A stretch of DNA of 64,000 bases from NCBI GenBank assembly GCA_020026055.1, contig JAHHRA010000005.1, positions 9,097 to 73,096 of the forward strand. Reading direction: 5' to 3'. Shown one piece after another: positions 1 to 9,642 of the stretch. Positions within the stretch are counted from its first letter, which is position 1. Each line of letters begins with the position of its first letter. The stretch comes from Actinobacillus sp. GTDB lineage: Bacteria; Pseudomonadota; Gammaproteobacteria; Enterobacterales; Pasteurellaceae. A program made the position numbers and the translations under genes. The notes under the pieces were generated by a model. The model did not search any database. It had not been told where the DNA came from and saw only the letters and a program-made list of their open reading frames with translations.

Positions 1-937
1 TGTCATAACCAATTAAACTATTCCGTACTGCTTGTTGAGCTGCAAGCTGGTTTTTCGATATTATCGTCGTGTAAACTTTAAAACCTTTATTGTAAGCCAC
101 TTCTTCACCAAATTTATCTACCATTTGTTGACGAACCATTTCAGTGACATACCCTGCATAAAAAGCAATTTTAGCACCATGGTAAGAAGAAACTATAGGT
201 TCTTTTATTGTTGCCTCATATTGTGCTTGCGTAATATATTTCATACTTAACATTCGAGATAACACAATATTACGACGTTCTGTTGCACGTTTAACAGAAT
301 AAATCGGATTCAGACTAGAAGGTGCTTTTGGTAAACCTGCAAGCACAGCCATTTCAGATAAAGTTAATTGATTAAGCGTTTTACCAAAATAAGTTTGAGC
401 TGCTGCTGCTACTCCATAAGCACGATTTCCGAGATAAATTTTATTAAGATAAAGTTCTAAAATTTCATTTTTTGTAAGGGTGCGTTCAATATCTAAAGCT
501 AAGATAGCTTCTTTAATTTTACGTGTAAGCGTCTTCTCACGACTTAAAAAAAAGTTTCTCGCCAGTTGTTGAGTAATAGTACTTGCACCTTGTGTTGCAC
601 CTTTTTGACTAATTGCAACGGTTAACGCACGCATAATTCCTATTGGGTCGATTCCTACATGCTCATAAAAACGACTATCCTCTGTCGCCAGCACTGCATG
701 AATTAAATCTTGAGGAACTTCACTTAGAGGAACAGGGATACGACGTTGTTCACCTACTTCGCCAATTAATTCTCCATCTGCTGTATAAACTTGCATTGGT
801 TGTTGTAATTCTACTGTTCTTAGAGTTTCAACATCAGGTAAATCCTTTTTAAAAATAAAAAAAAGAATGCTACCTATAATAGCGCCTAAAAATAGCAGAG
901 TTAATAAACTACTTAATATTAATTTTGTGATCCGCAT
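1..937 (-). CDS. mrcA: penicillin-binding protein 1A, N-terminal ~312 codons (3' end outside window)
   Basis: My own reverse-strand translation from the ATG at 937 gives MRITKLILSSLLTLLFLGAIIGS (membrane anchor). It is followed by glycosyltransferase-51 motifs ATEDSRFYEHVGID, GASTITQQLARN, RKIKEAILAL and YLNKIYLGNRAYG. It is not in the ORF track because no stop lies inside the window. It is divergent from comA, as in the Haemophilus ponA/comA-E arrangement. Confidence 0.9.
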   Translation of the reverse strand, partial: MRITKLILSSLLTLLFLGAIIGSILFFIFKKDLPDVETLRTVELQQPMQVYTADGELIGEVGEQRRIPVPLSEVPQDLIHAVLATEDSRFYEHVGIDPIGIMRALTVAISQKGATQGASTITQQLARNFFLSREKTLTRKIKEAILALDIERTLTKNEILELYLNKIYLGNRAYGVAAAAQTYFGKTLNQLTLSEMAVLAGLPKAPSSLNPIYSVKRATERRNIVLSRMLSMKYITQAQYEATIKEPIVSSYHGAKIAFYAGYVTEMVRQQMVDKFGEEVAYNKGFKVYTTIISKNQLAAQQAVRNSLIGYD

Positions 938-1082
938 CGTAAAAATCTCTCTTTATTTTATGCAGTAAATGCCAGCTTCTTCAAAATAAATTCATAAGTA
1001 TAAAGTTTCATAATCTAAATCCAAAGTAAAAAATCAATTTTTTATATAAATATAGAGTTAACTTAATTTATTAAGGAGAAGT

Positions 1083-1892
1083 ATGCGTAATTTTACTTCA
1101 AACAAAAATAAACAAATTATTGTCGGCGTGTGGAAATTTAACTCCCTTCAAACTGGGTGTTGCGTTTGGTTTGATAGCGAAAATATGCCCCAATCGTTAA
1201 TCTTAGAAAATCTTGATGAGAGCGTGATCAGAGAAAAAATCAGGCAAACTTTTCCATCATCAAAAGCATTTAAATTAAAATTTGTTACGGCAATCTTGCC
1301 TCACAATATTTTCTTAAAGTCTGTTATTCTACCTCATGATCTTAGCCCTGAAGAAGTAGAAGCTCAATGCATCATTACGTTAGAAGAACATCTGCCGCTT
1401 CCTCTAAATGAAGTATGGTTCGATTTTATAGAAACTCCTCTGCCTCAAAACCAGCAACTGAAAAATCGGCGTATTGATATTTTTGCTATTGTTAAAGAAG
1501 TAGCTATCAAATATGTCAACACTTTTGAACCGTTAAATATCCAAGTATTAGACTGTGTAATTAATGCACTATTACGTGGATTTCAATATCTTTATCCAGT
1601 GGAAGAGGAAGAAAAATATAATACTCTTTATCTTTATTGTGATGATGATTACGTTATTCTCTTATCTAACCAACCACAAAATTGGCTTTTTCAGTCTAAA
1701 AAACGTACGGATCCTTTGGCATTAATTACTTCATTTTTACAACAACACACATTTTCAGCAAAACACATTATTGTTTACGATTGTGCAAAAACACCTACTC
1801 ATTACCCTAAAGATTATCATCTGACCTCAAATCACTATCCACTTATTGCATTAGGTTGTGCTTTATGGGCAGGCGAGGAAACTACTGTATGA
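1083..1892 (+). CDS. comA: competence/type IV pilus assembly protein ComA (PilM-like)
   Basis: 269-aa ORF, first gene of an overlapping operon divergent from mrcA. AGGAGA RBS at 1074-1079. Size and position match Haemophilus ComA. Identity rests mainly on synteny. Confidence 0.7.
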   Translation: MRNFTSNKNKQIIVGVWKFNSLQTGCCVWFDSENMPQSLILENLDESVIREKIRQTFPSSKAFKLKFVTAILPHNIFLKSVILPHDLSPEEVEAQCIITLEEHLPLPLNEVWFDFIETPLPQNQQLKNRRIDIFAIVKEVAIKYVNTFEPLNIQVLDCVINALLRGFQYLYPVEEEEKYNTLYLYCDDDYVILLSNQPQNWLFQSKKRTDPLALITSFLQQHTFSAKHIIVYDCAKTPTHYPKDYHLTSNHYPLIALGCALWAGEETTV

Positions 1893-2407
1893 TAAGTTTA
1901 TTCATGAACTTATTGCCTTGGCGTGATTTGCAAAAACAACATTGCATTAAAAAATTTATCCAAGCCGTCTGTCTGTGGGGTATTTGTATCATTGCTACGC
2001 TTTATTTATTTTATTTCTTAAGCAATGAGCACAACCAAAAACACCGTACGATGCAAGAACAAATTCAGCAACAGCTCAAATTATTAGCGGAATATCATCG
2101 TAAAATTCAATTATTAAAACAACAAAAAATTGAAGCCAATATTGTCCCTTATATAAATATCCCTCATTTACTAAAGAAACTATCTTATCTACCGTTAAAA
2201 CAATCTGCATTAACAGAGCTGAATTTACAAAACAATAATGTAATTTTAAAAGGCATCAGTCGTGATCAAACAGCACTAGATGAATTAACTACTTTCCTTA
2301 AACAACAACCTGAAATTATGCGATTACAACTCCAAGGAATGAATAAAGAAAAAGCACAAATCACATTTAGCGTTCAATTTACTTTGCAAACAGATAATCC
2401 AAAATGA
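1889..2407 (+). CDS. comB: competence/type IV pilus assembly protein ComB (PilN-like)
   Basis: The N-terminus MISLFMNLLPWRD carries the PilN-type NLLPWR motif followed by a single TM segment. The ATG at 1889 overlaps the comA stop (ATGA), so I prefer it to the track start at 1856. Confidence 0.75.
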   Translation: MISLFMNLLPWRDLQKQHCIKKFIQAVCLWGICIIATLYLFYFLSNEHNQKHRTMQEQIQQQLKLLAEYHRKIQLLKQQKIEANIVPYINIPHLLKKLSYLPLKQSALTELNLQNNNVILKGISRDQTALDELTTFLKQQPEIMRLQLQGMNKEKAQITFSVQFTLQTDNPK

Positions 2408-2949
2408 AATCCTTGTTACCATCTTTTTTATCTTATTTATATCCATTAGCATCAGCTAAGAAATGGGAAAAATGTTTTGCTTTTGCACTGGTGAGTTTTG
2501 TCTTACTTTTTATACCTGTTCAGCATTTACATCAAAATTGGCAACAATTACAACAGACAAAACAAGAATGGCAAAAGTTGCAGAGCCAACTATCACAACT
2601 GCAACAAACTTACTTTTCACAAAAACGACACGATAATGCTAAGCTAAATCAAACCTCACAAACAACTATAACGGATTTTTTACTTCATCAGAAAACTCAA
2701 CTTCATATAACTCAAATGCATTGGGAAACTGATAGTCCATATTTAATACTGGCAGTAGAGGCAAACTATGGACAAATTATCGAATTTATCCATTTAATGA
2801 ATAAAAATTTCCCCAATCTTTGCCTATCGCAACTCAAAATTCAAAAAAAGACTTTGAATGAACAAAGGAAAAATTTTTCCGAATTACGGGGCGTAATTAA
2901 TCTCCTTGTTATCAAAATGATTTGGAGATTACAGCTGACAGCCAATTAA
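2404..2949 (+). CDS. comC: competence/type IV pilus assembly protein ComC (PilO-like); 3' region contains a repeat half-copy
   Basis: 181 aa. ATGA overlap with comB. One N-terminal TM segment followed by a Q-rich coiled-coil, which is the PilO architecture. Codons for RKNFSELRGV (2867-2894) are encoded by a palindromic-repeat half unit. Confidence 0.65.
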   Translation: MKSLLPSFLSYLYPLASAKKWEKCFAFALVSFVLLFIPVQHLHQNWQQLQQTKQEWQKLQSQLSQLQQTYFSQKRHDNAKLNQTSQTTITDFLLHQKTQLHITQMHWETDSPYLILAVEANYGQIIEFIHLMNKNFPNLCLSQLKIQKKTLNEQRKNFSELRGVINLLVIKMIWRLQLTAN

Positions 2950-2980
2950 TTTACAGTAACGAATAGTGAAAGGAAAATAT

Positions 2981-4105
2981 ATGAACAAAATTGCTCTTAT
3001 TCTATGCTGGCTGATGATTTTCGTATCACCTGCTATTAGTACATTGCAAGACCCCTTTAATCCAGAAAGTGATGCTGATCTTGATAACAAGGCGTTATCA
3101 ACAAAAGAAAACACAAATAGTGCAATTATAAAAACGATTTCACTTAAACACAGTGATGCAATTCAACTTGTAAATAAATTATCAGGAATTTTTGGTAATG
3201 GTGTACTCGCCGCAGATCCTAGAACGAATAAACTTATCGTCCACAGTTCGCCAAGCATTCTTTACAAAATCCAAAATATATTAAAAGAATTAGATAAACC
3301 AATGCCACAAATTATGATTGAAGCTCGAATCGTCACAATGAATGACTTGAGTTTAAAAGAATTAGGCGTACGCTGGGGAGTTTTTGATAAACTTGACACC
3401 AATCCACACTTTAGTGGTACAAATGCAAGTTTTCCTGCTACGCAGTCAAATATCAATCTTCCTGTACCGAATCCCAGCATTAAACTTGCGTTGCAGTTAG
3501 GCAGTATTAATGGACGTTTACTGGATCTAGAACTTTCTGCATTGGAAAAAGAAAATTCTGTCACAATTATCGCTCGCCCTAAATTACTCACAACTTACAA
3601 ACATACTGCAAAAATTCAACAGGGGACAGAATTGCCTTATGTCATTAATGGTAAAGACGATACGCAAAATATAGAATTTAAAGATGCTTTATTAAGTTTA
3701 GAAGTCACACCACAGATTACGGAAGGTAATCAAATTTTGCTTGATTTAAAAATTACTCAAAATACTCCTGGTGAGCAGTCTCAAGTAGGAAAAAATGAAT
3801 TTGTCGCAATTGAAAAACAAGAAATCGAAACTCAAGTTTTAGCTCAAAATGGGGAGACTATTGTTCTAGGTGGAATTTTGCATGACACTGTTGGTGATTT
3901 TGTGGACAAAGTTCCACTTTTAGGAGATATTCCACTTATCAAACATCTATTTCGCCATAAAGGTGAACGTCATCAAAAACGAGAGTTAATTATTTTTGTC
4001 ACACCCAAAATCGTCGATAACAATTATAAACCACGAGAAATAGTAGACATTAACTCAAATAATTCTTCAATTTTCCGTCAAAATTTTCCTCTTGATATAA
4101 ACTAA
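2981..4105 (+). CDS. comE: type IV pilus/competence secretin (PilQ/ComE family), short form lacking the usual N-terminal domains
   Basis: Secretin core motifs are present: IEARIVTMNDLSLKELGVRW, LDLELSALEKENSVTIIARPKLLT, GETIVLGGIL, VPLLGDIPLIKHLF and RELIIFVTPKIV. I prefer the ATG at 2981 (MNKIALILCW, AAAGGAAAA RBS) to the GTG at 2966. The signal peptide is followed by QDPFNP, which resembles a ComD/PilP N-terminus. Confidence 0.85.
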   Translation: MNKIALILCWLMIFVSPAISTLQDPFNPESDADLDNKALSTKENTNSAIIKTISLKHSDAIQLVNKLSGIFGNGVLAADPRTNKLIVHSSPSILYKIQNILKELDKPMPQIMIEARIVTMNDLSLKELGVRWGVFDKLDTNPHFSGTNASFPATQSNINLPVPNPSIKLALQLGSINGRLLDLELSALEKENSVTIIARPKLLTTYKHTAKIQQGTELPYVINGKDDTQNIEFKDALLSLEVTPQITEGNQILLDLKITQNTPGEQSQVGKNEFVAIEKQEIETQVLAQNGETIVLGGILHDTVGDFVDKVPLLGDIPLIKHLFRHKGERHQKRELIIFVTPKIVDNNYKPREIVDINSNNSSIFRQNFPLDIN

Positions 4106-4116
4106 AAAAATATTAA

Positions 4117-4470
4117 CTAATGATAATAGCCCAGTAGTACGGCACAAGATAAACAGATAATAGCTAGTAGATAAGTGTTATTGTTTTTATGGTTTGATTT
4201 TTGACTAAAAAATTTAGCCGAAAATAGAATATATTCAATCAATAACCCTATTTTAAGCAACAACCACCAAACTAAACCAATATCTGTCAGAATCCACAAA
4301 CCCACGCCACTTAAAATCAGTAAGCTGTCGGAAAAGTGAGGTAACGTTAGCAACAATTTATTACTTCGCCAATCTTTAGCTTTGATCTGCCAACTGCCAC
4401 GTACAATTAATAGCAACATACTTAAAAAAGCACAGCTAATATGGATAACTAAACAGAATTTCAACATCAT
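4117..4470 (-). CDS. SirB2-family small inner-membrane protein
   Basis: About four TM helices. The N-terminus MMLKFCLVIHISCAFLSMLLLIVRGSW fits the SirB-family lK..H...a.lS....RG.W pattern. The start is moved to 4470 (AAGGA RBS) because the track start at 4533 would translate through the gyrA terminator hairpin. Confidence 0.55.
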   Translation of the reverse strand: MMLKFCLVIHISCAFLSMLLLIVRGSWQIKAKDWRSNKLLLTLPHFSDSLLILSGVGLWILTDIGLVWWLLLKIGLLIEYILFSAKFFSQKSNHKNNNTYLLAIICLSCAVLLGYYH

Positions 4471-4502
4471 GTCCTTAACGTTCAATCTAGATATAAACTT
4501 CA

Positions 4503-4531
4503 AATAAAAAGCCGTACATAACTTGTACGGC
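4503..4531 (-). terminator. intrinsic terminator of gyrA
   Basis: On the minus strand the sequence is GCCGTACA-AGTTA-TGTACGGC followed by TTTTTATTTG, directly after the gyrA stop. Confidence 0.8.
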
Positions 4532-4541
4532 ATTTTGTGAT

Positions 4542-7205
4542 TTATTCATTATATTCTGATGTGGCTTCAGCTGTATATCCACTATTCTCATTTTCTTCTG
4601 TAGCATCACAAATTCTTTCCAAACCAACTACATATTCATCATCATTAGTACGGATAATACGAACACCTTGTGTATTGCGACTAACAAGGCTGATTTCGTG
4701 AACACGAGTGCGAACTAGAGTACCTGCATTAGTAATCAACATAATTTGATCTTGTTCTTCAACTTGACTTGCACTCACGACTTTACCATTACGCAATGAA
4801 GTTTTAATTGAGATCACTCCTTTAGTATTGCGTGATTTAGTTGGATATTGCTCAAGGCTAGTACGTTTACCAAAACCGTTTTCAGTAACTGTTAACACTG
4901 CACCAGCATCTTTTGGAATCAATAATGAGACTACTTTATCAATAGTTAAATCGACGTTAGTATCTTCACTATCAATAGCTAAATTATCATCATCATTCTC
5001 TTCGATTTCTTTATCGCTAAGTTGAGTTAAGGCAAGTTTGATCCCACGTACGCCAGCAGCACTTCTACCCATTGCCCGCACTTGATCTTCAGGGAACCGT
5101 ACACAGCGACCCTGAGAGGAAAATAGCATAATTTCATTAGAACCATTAGTGATATCAACACCAATAAGTTCATCTTCATCACGTAAATTCAAGGCATTCA
5201 AACCATTCGCACGTACGTTACTGAAAGCTTCTAGTGCAGTTTTTTTAATCGTACCACCTGCTGTTGCCATCACGATAAATTTGTCTGCATCAAAACTTGA
5301 AACTGGCAACATTGCTGTGATGCGTTCGTTATCTTGGAGAGGCAAAATATTGACAATTGGGCGTCCTCGAGCACCTCGGCTGGCTTCAGGCAACTGATAA
5401 ACTTTCAAACGATATAAACGCCCACGGCTAGAGAAGCAAAGCAAATTGTCGTGCGTATTTGCTACTAACAAACGCTCAATAAAATCTTCTTCTTTCATTT
5501 TTGTTGCCGACTTACCTTTGCCACCACGGCGTTGAGCTTCGTAATCGCTAATTGGTTGATATTTGACATAGCCTTCGTGAGAGAGTGTGACAACGACATT
5601 TTCTTGTGCAATTAAATCTTCAAGATTAATATCACTTGAAGCATTAGTGATTTCGGTACGACGTAAGTCATTAAAAGTAGTTTTGATATTGACAAGCTCT
5701 TCACGTAACACTTCTCTTAAACGTTCGGCACTGTTTAAAATGTGTAATAATTCACCGATTTCTACTAGAATGGTCTGATATTCATCGACAATTTTTTCAT
5801 ATTCTAAACCAGTTAACCGTTGCAAACGTAAATCAAGAATTGCTCGAGCTTGTTCGTCAGAAAGATAATATTGACCATCACGAATGCCAAATTCCACACT
5901 TAAACTATCAGGGCGTGAAGCGTTAACACCTGCTTTCGCAAGCATCACTTCAACATTTCCCAACGCCCAAGGACGAGAAAGCAATCCTTCACGAGCTTCA
6001 TCAGCTGTTTTGGATGCTCGAATTAGATTGATGACAGGATCAATATTCGCTAATGCGATCGCTAATCCTTCTAAAATATGAGCTCGTTCTCTTGCTTTAC
6101 GTAACTCATAGACTGTGCGACGAGTGATGACTTCGCGACGATGTTTGACAAAAGCATCAATAATTTGTTTTAAATTTAATAATTTAGGTTGTCCATGATC
6201 CAATGCTACCATATTGATCCCAAAAGTGACTTGCATTTGGGTTAAGGCATAGAGATTATTCAGTACGACTTCACCAACGGCATCACGTTTCACTTCGATC
6301 TCAATGCGGATTTTATCAGTGGAAACATCAAGTACATTACTAATGCCTTCTACTTTTTTCTCGCGGACTAATTCTGCGATTTTTTCTAACAAACGAGCTT
6401 TATTGACTTGATAAGGAATCTCTGTGATCACTATTGTTTCACGCCCTTTGTCATTCGTTTCAATTTCGGCTTTAGCACGAACATAAACTTTGCCTTTTCC
6501 CGTTTTATAAGCTTCTTCAATACCTTTGCGACCGTTAATAATCGCTGCAGTTGGGAAATCAGGTCCTGGAATATACTGCATCAATTCATCAATGCTGATA
6601 TCTTCATTATCTACAAATGCTAGGCAACCATCTAACACTTCACCTAAATTATGAGGTGGAATATTAGTCGCCATTCCTACTGCGATCCCAGATGAGCCAT
6701 TGACGAGTAAAGCAGGAATTTTAGTTGGTAGCACGTCAGGAATCATTTCTTTGCCGTCATAGTTAGGCGAAAAATCAACTGTTTCTTTATCTAAATCAGT
6801 TAATAATTCTTGTGTAATTTTTTGCATCCGTACTTCAGTGTAACGCATCGCTGCAGGTGCATCGCCATCGACTGAACCAAAATTACCTTGCCCATCAACT
6901 AACATATAACGCAATGAAAATGGCTGAGCCATTCGCACGATGGTGTCATATACGGCACTATCACCATGAGGGTGGTATTTCCCGATCACATCCCCCACGA
7001 CACGAGCCGATTTCACATAAGGCTTGTTAAAAGTATTACCACTTTGATTCATCGAAAACAGCACCCGTCGATGTACAGGCTTCAAGCCATCTCGCACATC
7101 AGGCAACGCTCGCCCCACAATCACTGACATCGCATAATCAAGATAAGAAGATTTTAATTCTTCTTCGATGCTAACAGGTGTGATATTTGGAATAAAATCA
7201 GACAT
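4542..7205 (-). CDS. gyrA: DNA gyrase subunit A
   Basis: [70 protein letters not shown], active-site AAMRYTEV, and C-terminal beta-pinwheel repeats. The ATG at 7205 has an AGGAA RBS. The track start at 7289 adds 28 non-homologous residues. Confidence 0.97.
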   Translation of the reverse strand: MSDFIPNITPVSIEEELKSSYLDYAMSVIVGRALPDVRDGLKPVHRRVLFSMNQSGNTFNKPYVKSARVVGDVIGKYHPHGDSAVYDTIVRMAQPFSLRYMLVDGQGNFGSVDGDAPAAMRYTEVRMQKITQELLTDLDKETVDFSPNYDGKEMIPDVLPTKIPALLVNGSSGIAVGMATNIPPHNLGEVLDGCLAFVDNEDISIDELMQYIPGPDFPTAAIINGRKGIEEAYKTGKGKVYVRAKAEIETNDKGRETIVITEIPYQVNKARLLEKIAELVREKKVEGISNVLDVSTDKIRIEIEVKRDAVGEVVLNNLYALTQMQVTFGINMVALDHGQPKLLNLKQIIDAFVKHRREVITRRTVYELRKARERAHILEGLAIALANIDPVINLIRASKTADEAREGLLSRPWALGNVEVMLAKAGVNASRPDSLSVEFGIRDGQYYLSDEQARAILDLRLQRLTGLEYEKIVDEYQTILVEIGELLHILNSAERLREVLREELVNIKTTFNDLRRTEITNASSDINLEDLIAQENVVVTLSHEGYVKYQPISDYEAQRRGGKGKSATKMKEEDFIERLLVANTHDNLLCFSSRGRLYRLKVYQLPEASRGARGRPIVNILPLQDNERITAMLPVSSFDADKFIVMATAGGTIKKTALEAFSNVRANGLNALNLRDEDELIGVDITNGSNEIMLFSSQGRCVRFPEDQVRAMGRSAAGVRGIKLALTQLSDKEIEENDDDNLAIDSEDTNVDLTIDKVVSLLIPKDAGAVLTVTENGFGKRTSLEQYPTKSRNTKGVISIKTSLRNGKVVSASQVEEQDQIMLITNAGTLVRTRVHEISLVSRNTQGVRIIRTNDDEYVVGLERICDATEENENSGYTAEATSEYNE

Positions 7206-7299
7206 ATACATTCCTAAAATAAATAAAAAACTTCGCCAATTGTAGCATATTTTCGCCTTTATCCTCAAATTAGATATCAGCTGATTCAACTAAAACAAA

Positions 7300-7338
7300 C
7301 GCCCCTAAATTCGGAAAATTTTTCCAAATTTAGGGGCG
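7300..7338. repeat. palindromic repeat, full copy; terminator for deoD
   Basis: CGCCCCTAAATT-CGGAAAATTTTTCC-AAATTTAGGGGCG has perfect 12-bp arms. On the minus strand it is followed by TTTGTTTTA, 27 nt after the deoD stop. Confidence 0.9.
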
Positions 7339-7364
7339 TAATGACAGGTAATCAATGAAGTTAA

Positions 7365-8081
7365 TTAATTTTGATCACTTATTAAAATTGAATCTAATGC
7401 AATTTCAATCATTTCATTAAAAGTGAGTTGACGTTCTTCTGAAGTGGTTTTTTCACCCGTGCGAATATGGTCAGAAACAGTACAGATACAAAGTGCTTTT
7501 GCACCAAATTCCGCCGCGACACCGTAGATCCCTGCTGCTTCCATTTCTACCCCAAGAATGTTGTATTTTTCCATCACGTCAAACATTTGCAAATCTGGCG
7601 TGTAAAATAAATCAGCGGAGAAAATATTACCCACTTTGACGGGGACATTTTTGGCTTTAGCTGCTTGTACAGCAGCCTGTGCCATCTCAAAATCGGCAAT
7701 CGCCGCAAAATCATTGTCTTTAAAACGGATACGGTTCACTTTTGAATCGGTGGAAGCACCCAGACCAATAATGACATCACGTACTTTCACCGTTTCACTG
7801 ACAGCACCACAAGAACCAACACGAATGATTTTTTTAACACCGTAGTCTTTAATTAATTCAGTCACATAAATAGAACAAGACGGAATGCCCATTCCATGTC
7901 CCATCACAGATACACGTCGACCTTTATAAAAACCTGTAAAACCTAACATATTACGTACGTTAGTGACTTCTTTTGCATCATCTAAGAAAGTTTCAGCAAT
8001 ATATTTTGCTCGAAGCGGATCACCCGGCATTAAAACAACATCAGCGAAAGCCCCTTCGACTGCATTAATATGTGGGGTCAT
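7365..8081 (-). CDS. deoD: purine nucleoside phosphorylase, DeoD type
   Basis: 238 aa. [33 protein letters not shown]..., [17 protein letters not shown]..., EMEAAGIY. Strong family match. Confidence 0.95.
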   Translation of the reverse strand: MTPHINAVEGAFADVVLMPGDPLRAKYIAETFLDDAKEVTNVRNMLGFTGFYKGRRVSVMGHGMGIPSCSIYVTELIKDYGVKKIIRVGSCGAVSETVKVRDVIIGLGASTDSKVNRIRFKDNDFAAIADFEMAQAAVQAAKAKNVPVKVGNIFSADLFYTPDLQMFDVMEKYNILGVEMEAAGIYGVAAEFGAKALCICTVSDHIRTGEKTTSEERQLTFNEMIEIALDSILISDQN

Positions 8082-8108
8082 TTTTTTATTCCTTTTTAAA
8101 TCAATCTA

Positions 8109-9359
8109 TTATAAAACTGCACCACTTATACCAATAAATAAGCCAGCAATTGTTGCACTCATCAAATTAGCTAAAGAACCAGCAAGGACTGCTCGTAGAC
8201 CTAAACGAGCAATATCACCTCGACGATTTGGTGCCATTCCACCAAGACCACCAATTAACACTGCAATTGAACTAAAGTTGGCGAAACCACAAAGTGCAAA
8301 TGTGATAATCGCTTTAGTTTTATCACTTAATTGCACAACAGCATCTTGAGCTAAATATGGTGCAAATTCTAAGTAACCAACAAATTCGTTAACAGCAAGT
8401 TTAATCCCGATCATACGTCCCGCAATTTCAGCATCATTCCAAGGTACACCAATGATCCATGCTAATGGACGGAAAATAAAACCAAAAATCGTATTCAAGG
8501 AGAAGCTATGATATCCGAAAATACCTCCGATAGAACCAAGCAAGCCATTGATTAAGGCAATTAACGCAACAAACGCAATTAACATTGCACCAACATTTAA
8601 AGCAAGTTGCATACCAGTAGAAGCACCAGAAGCTGCTGCATCTAATACATTAGAAGGACGTTCTTCATCGCTAATTTTGATATCGTCATTAAAGGTTTCA
8701 GTTTGAGGGACAATGATTTTTGCAAATAATAACCCTGCAGGAGCTGCCATAAAAGATGCTGCAATCAAATAGGTTAAAGGGACTCCCATACCTGCGTAGC
8801 CTGCCATCACAGAACCTGCAATTGAAGCCAATCCACCTACCATCACAGCAAACAATTCTGATTCAGTCATTTTAGCAATAAAAGGTTTTATAACTAATGG
8901 TGCTTCAGTTTGCCCAACAAAGATATTAGCAGCAGCTGACATTGATTCACAACGAGAAGTGCCTAATGCTTTTTGTAAACTACCTCCAATAATACGGATA
9001 AAAAATTGCATAATGCCTAAATAGTAAAGCACTGAGATAAATGCTGAGAAGAAAATAATGATTGAAAGCACATTAACGGCAAAAACAAAACCTAGCGGTC
9101 CATCTGGCTTAGTTACTACGTTACCGAAGAGAAATTTAATCCCCTCATTACCATAGTTAATAATGCTTTGCACACCATCAGCAAGAAGTTTTAAAAAATC
9201 ACGTCCCCAAGGAACATATAAAATAAACGCACCAATTGAAATTTGGATTGCTAACGCACCAAAAACAGTGCGTATATTAATTGCCCTCCTATTTACAGAA
9301 AACAGATAAGCAATGAACATCAGTACTAATATACCAACAATACTAATTAATGAACCCAT
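8109..9359 (-). CDS. nupC: concentrative nucleoside transporter (NupC family)
   Basis: 416-aa polytopic membrane protein with a CNT-family layout ([20 protein letters not shown], conserved C-terminal region). It lies immediately upstream of deoD on the same strand. Confidence 0.88.
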   Translation of the reverse strand: MGSLISIVGILVLMFIAYLFSVNRRAINIRTVFGALAIQISIGAFILYVPWGRDFLKLLADGVQSIINYGNEGIKFLFGNVVTKPDGPLGFVFAVNVLSIIIFFSAFISVLYYLGIMQFFIRIIGGSLQKALGTSRCESMSAAANIFVGQTEAPLVIKPFIAKMTESELFAVMVGGLASIAGSVMAGYAGMGVPLTYLIAASFMAAPAGLLFAKIIVPQTETFNDDIKISDEERPSNVLDAAASGASTGMQLALNVGAMLIAFVALIALINGLLGSIGGIFGYHSFSLNTIFGFIFRPLAWIIGVPWNDAEIAGRMIGIKLAVNEFVGYLEFAPYLAQDAVVQLSDKTKAIITFALCGFANFSSIAVLIGGLGGMAPNRRGDIARLGLRAVLAGSLANLMSATIAGLFIGISGAVL

Positions 9360-9642
9360 AATGTCACCTTATAAAAAAACAAAACCTGAAATAACGATCA
9401 AAACCTCCGATCGTTTTGCAATTATATTCGTTTTATTTTAAAAAATCTGCTCAGTATTTGTGCTGTTTGACTTAGATCTCGCTTTTTAATTTTTTTAGCT
9501 CAAAAATAAAACAAAATAGAAGACTATTTTCATCGTTAAATTCTTTTTCTATTGGTTAAAGAATCGATTGTATGGTAGCTTATTTTGCTGTTGCTTAGAG
9601 GAATTTGCATAAATCATTAATTTAAGAATTTAAGGAGAAAAT

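Noticed and set aside
3262-3591. Long antisense ORFs inside well-supported genes: 3262-3591, 7963-8349, 37903-38229, 46950-47336, 58760-59050, 59185-59478, 60601-60873, 63371-63712 and others in the track.
   Set aside because: Each lies within or opposite a gene with strong family-level evidence. None has an RBS or a recognisable domain. Their compositions (Ser/Arg/Ala- or Ile/Phe/Lys-rich) are typical of shadow frames.
6940-7000. Possible quinolone-resistance substitutions in the gyrA QRDR.
   Set aside because: The sequence reads [19 protein letters not shown], with Ser83 and Asp87 (E. coli numbering) in their wild-type state.
4542-7289. N-terminal extensions in the ORF track for gyrA (7289), pnp (34929), corA (12581), pyrR (46156), comB (1856), yggT (13549), ydcH (32467) and the SirB2-like gene (4533).
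   Set aside because: In each case an internal start with a better RBS coincides with the conserved N-terminus of the family. The extension would overlap a neighbouring gene or a terminator hairpin.
9393-9415. Inverted repeat AACGATC-N9-GATCGTT in the nupC 5' leader, with GGAGG in the loop on the mRNA strand and a T-rich tract downstream. Considered as an attenuator or a CytR/DeoR-type operator.
   Set aside because: The stem is only 7 bp and the U-run is not adjacent to it. I cannot match it to a known operator consensus from memory. Too weak to call.
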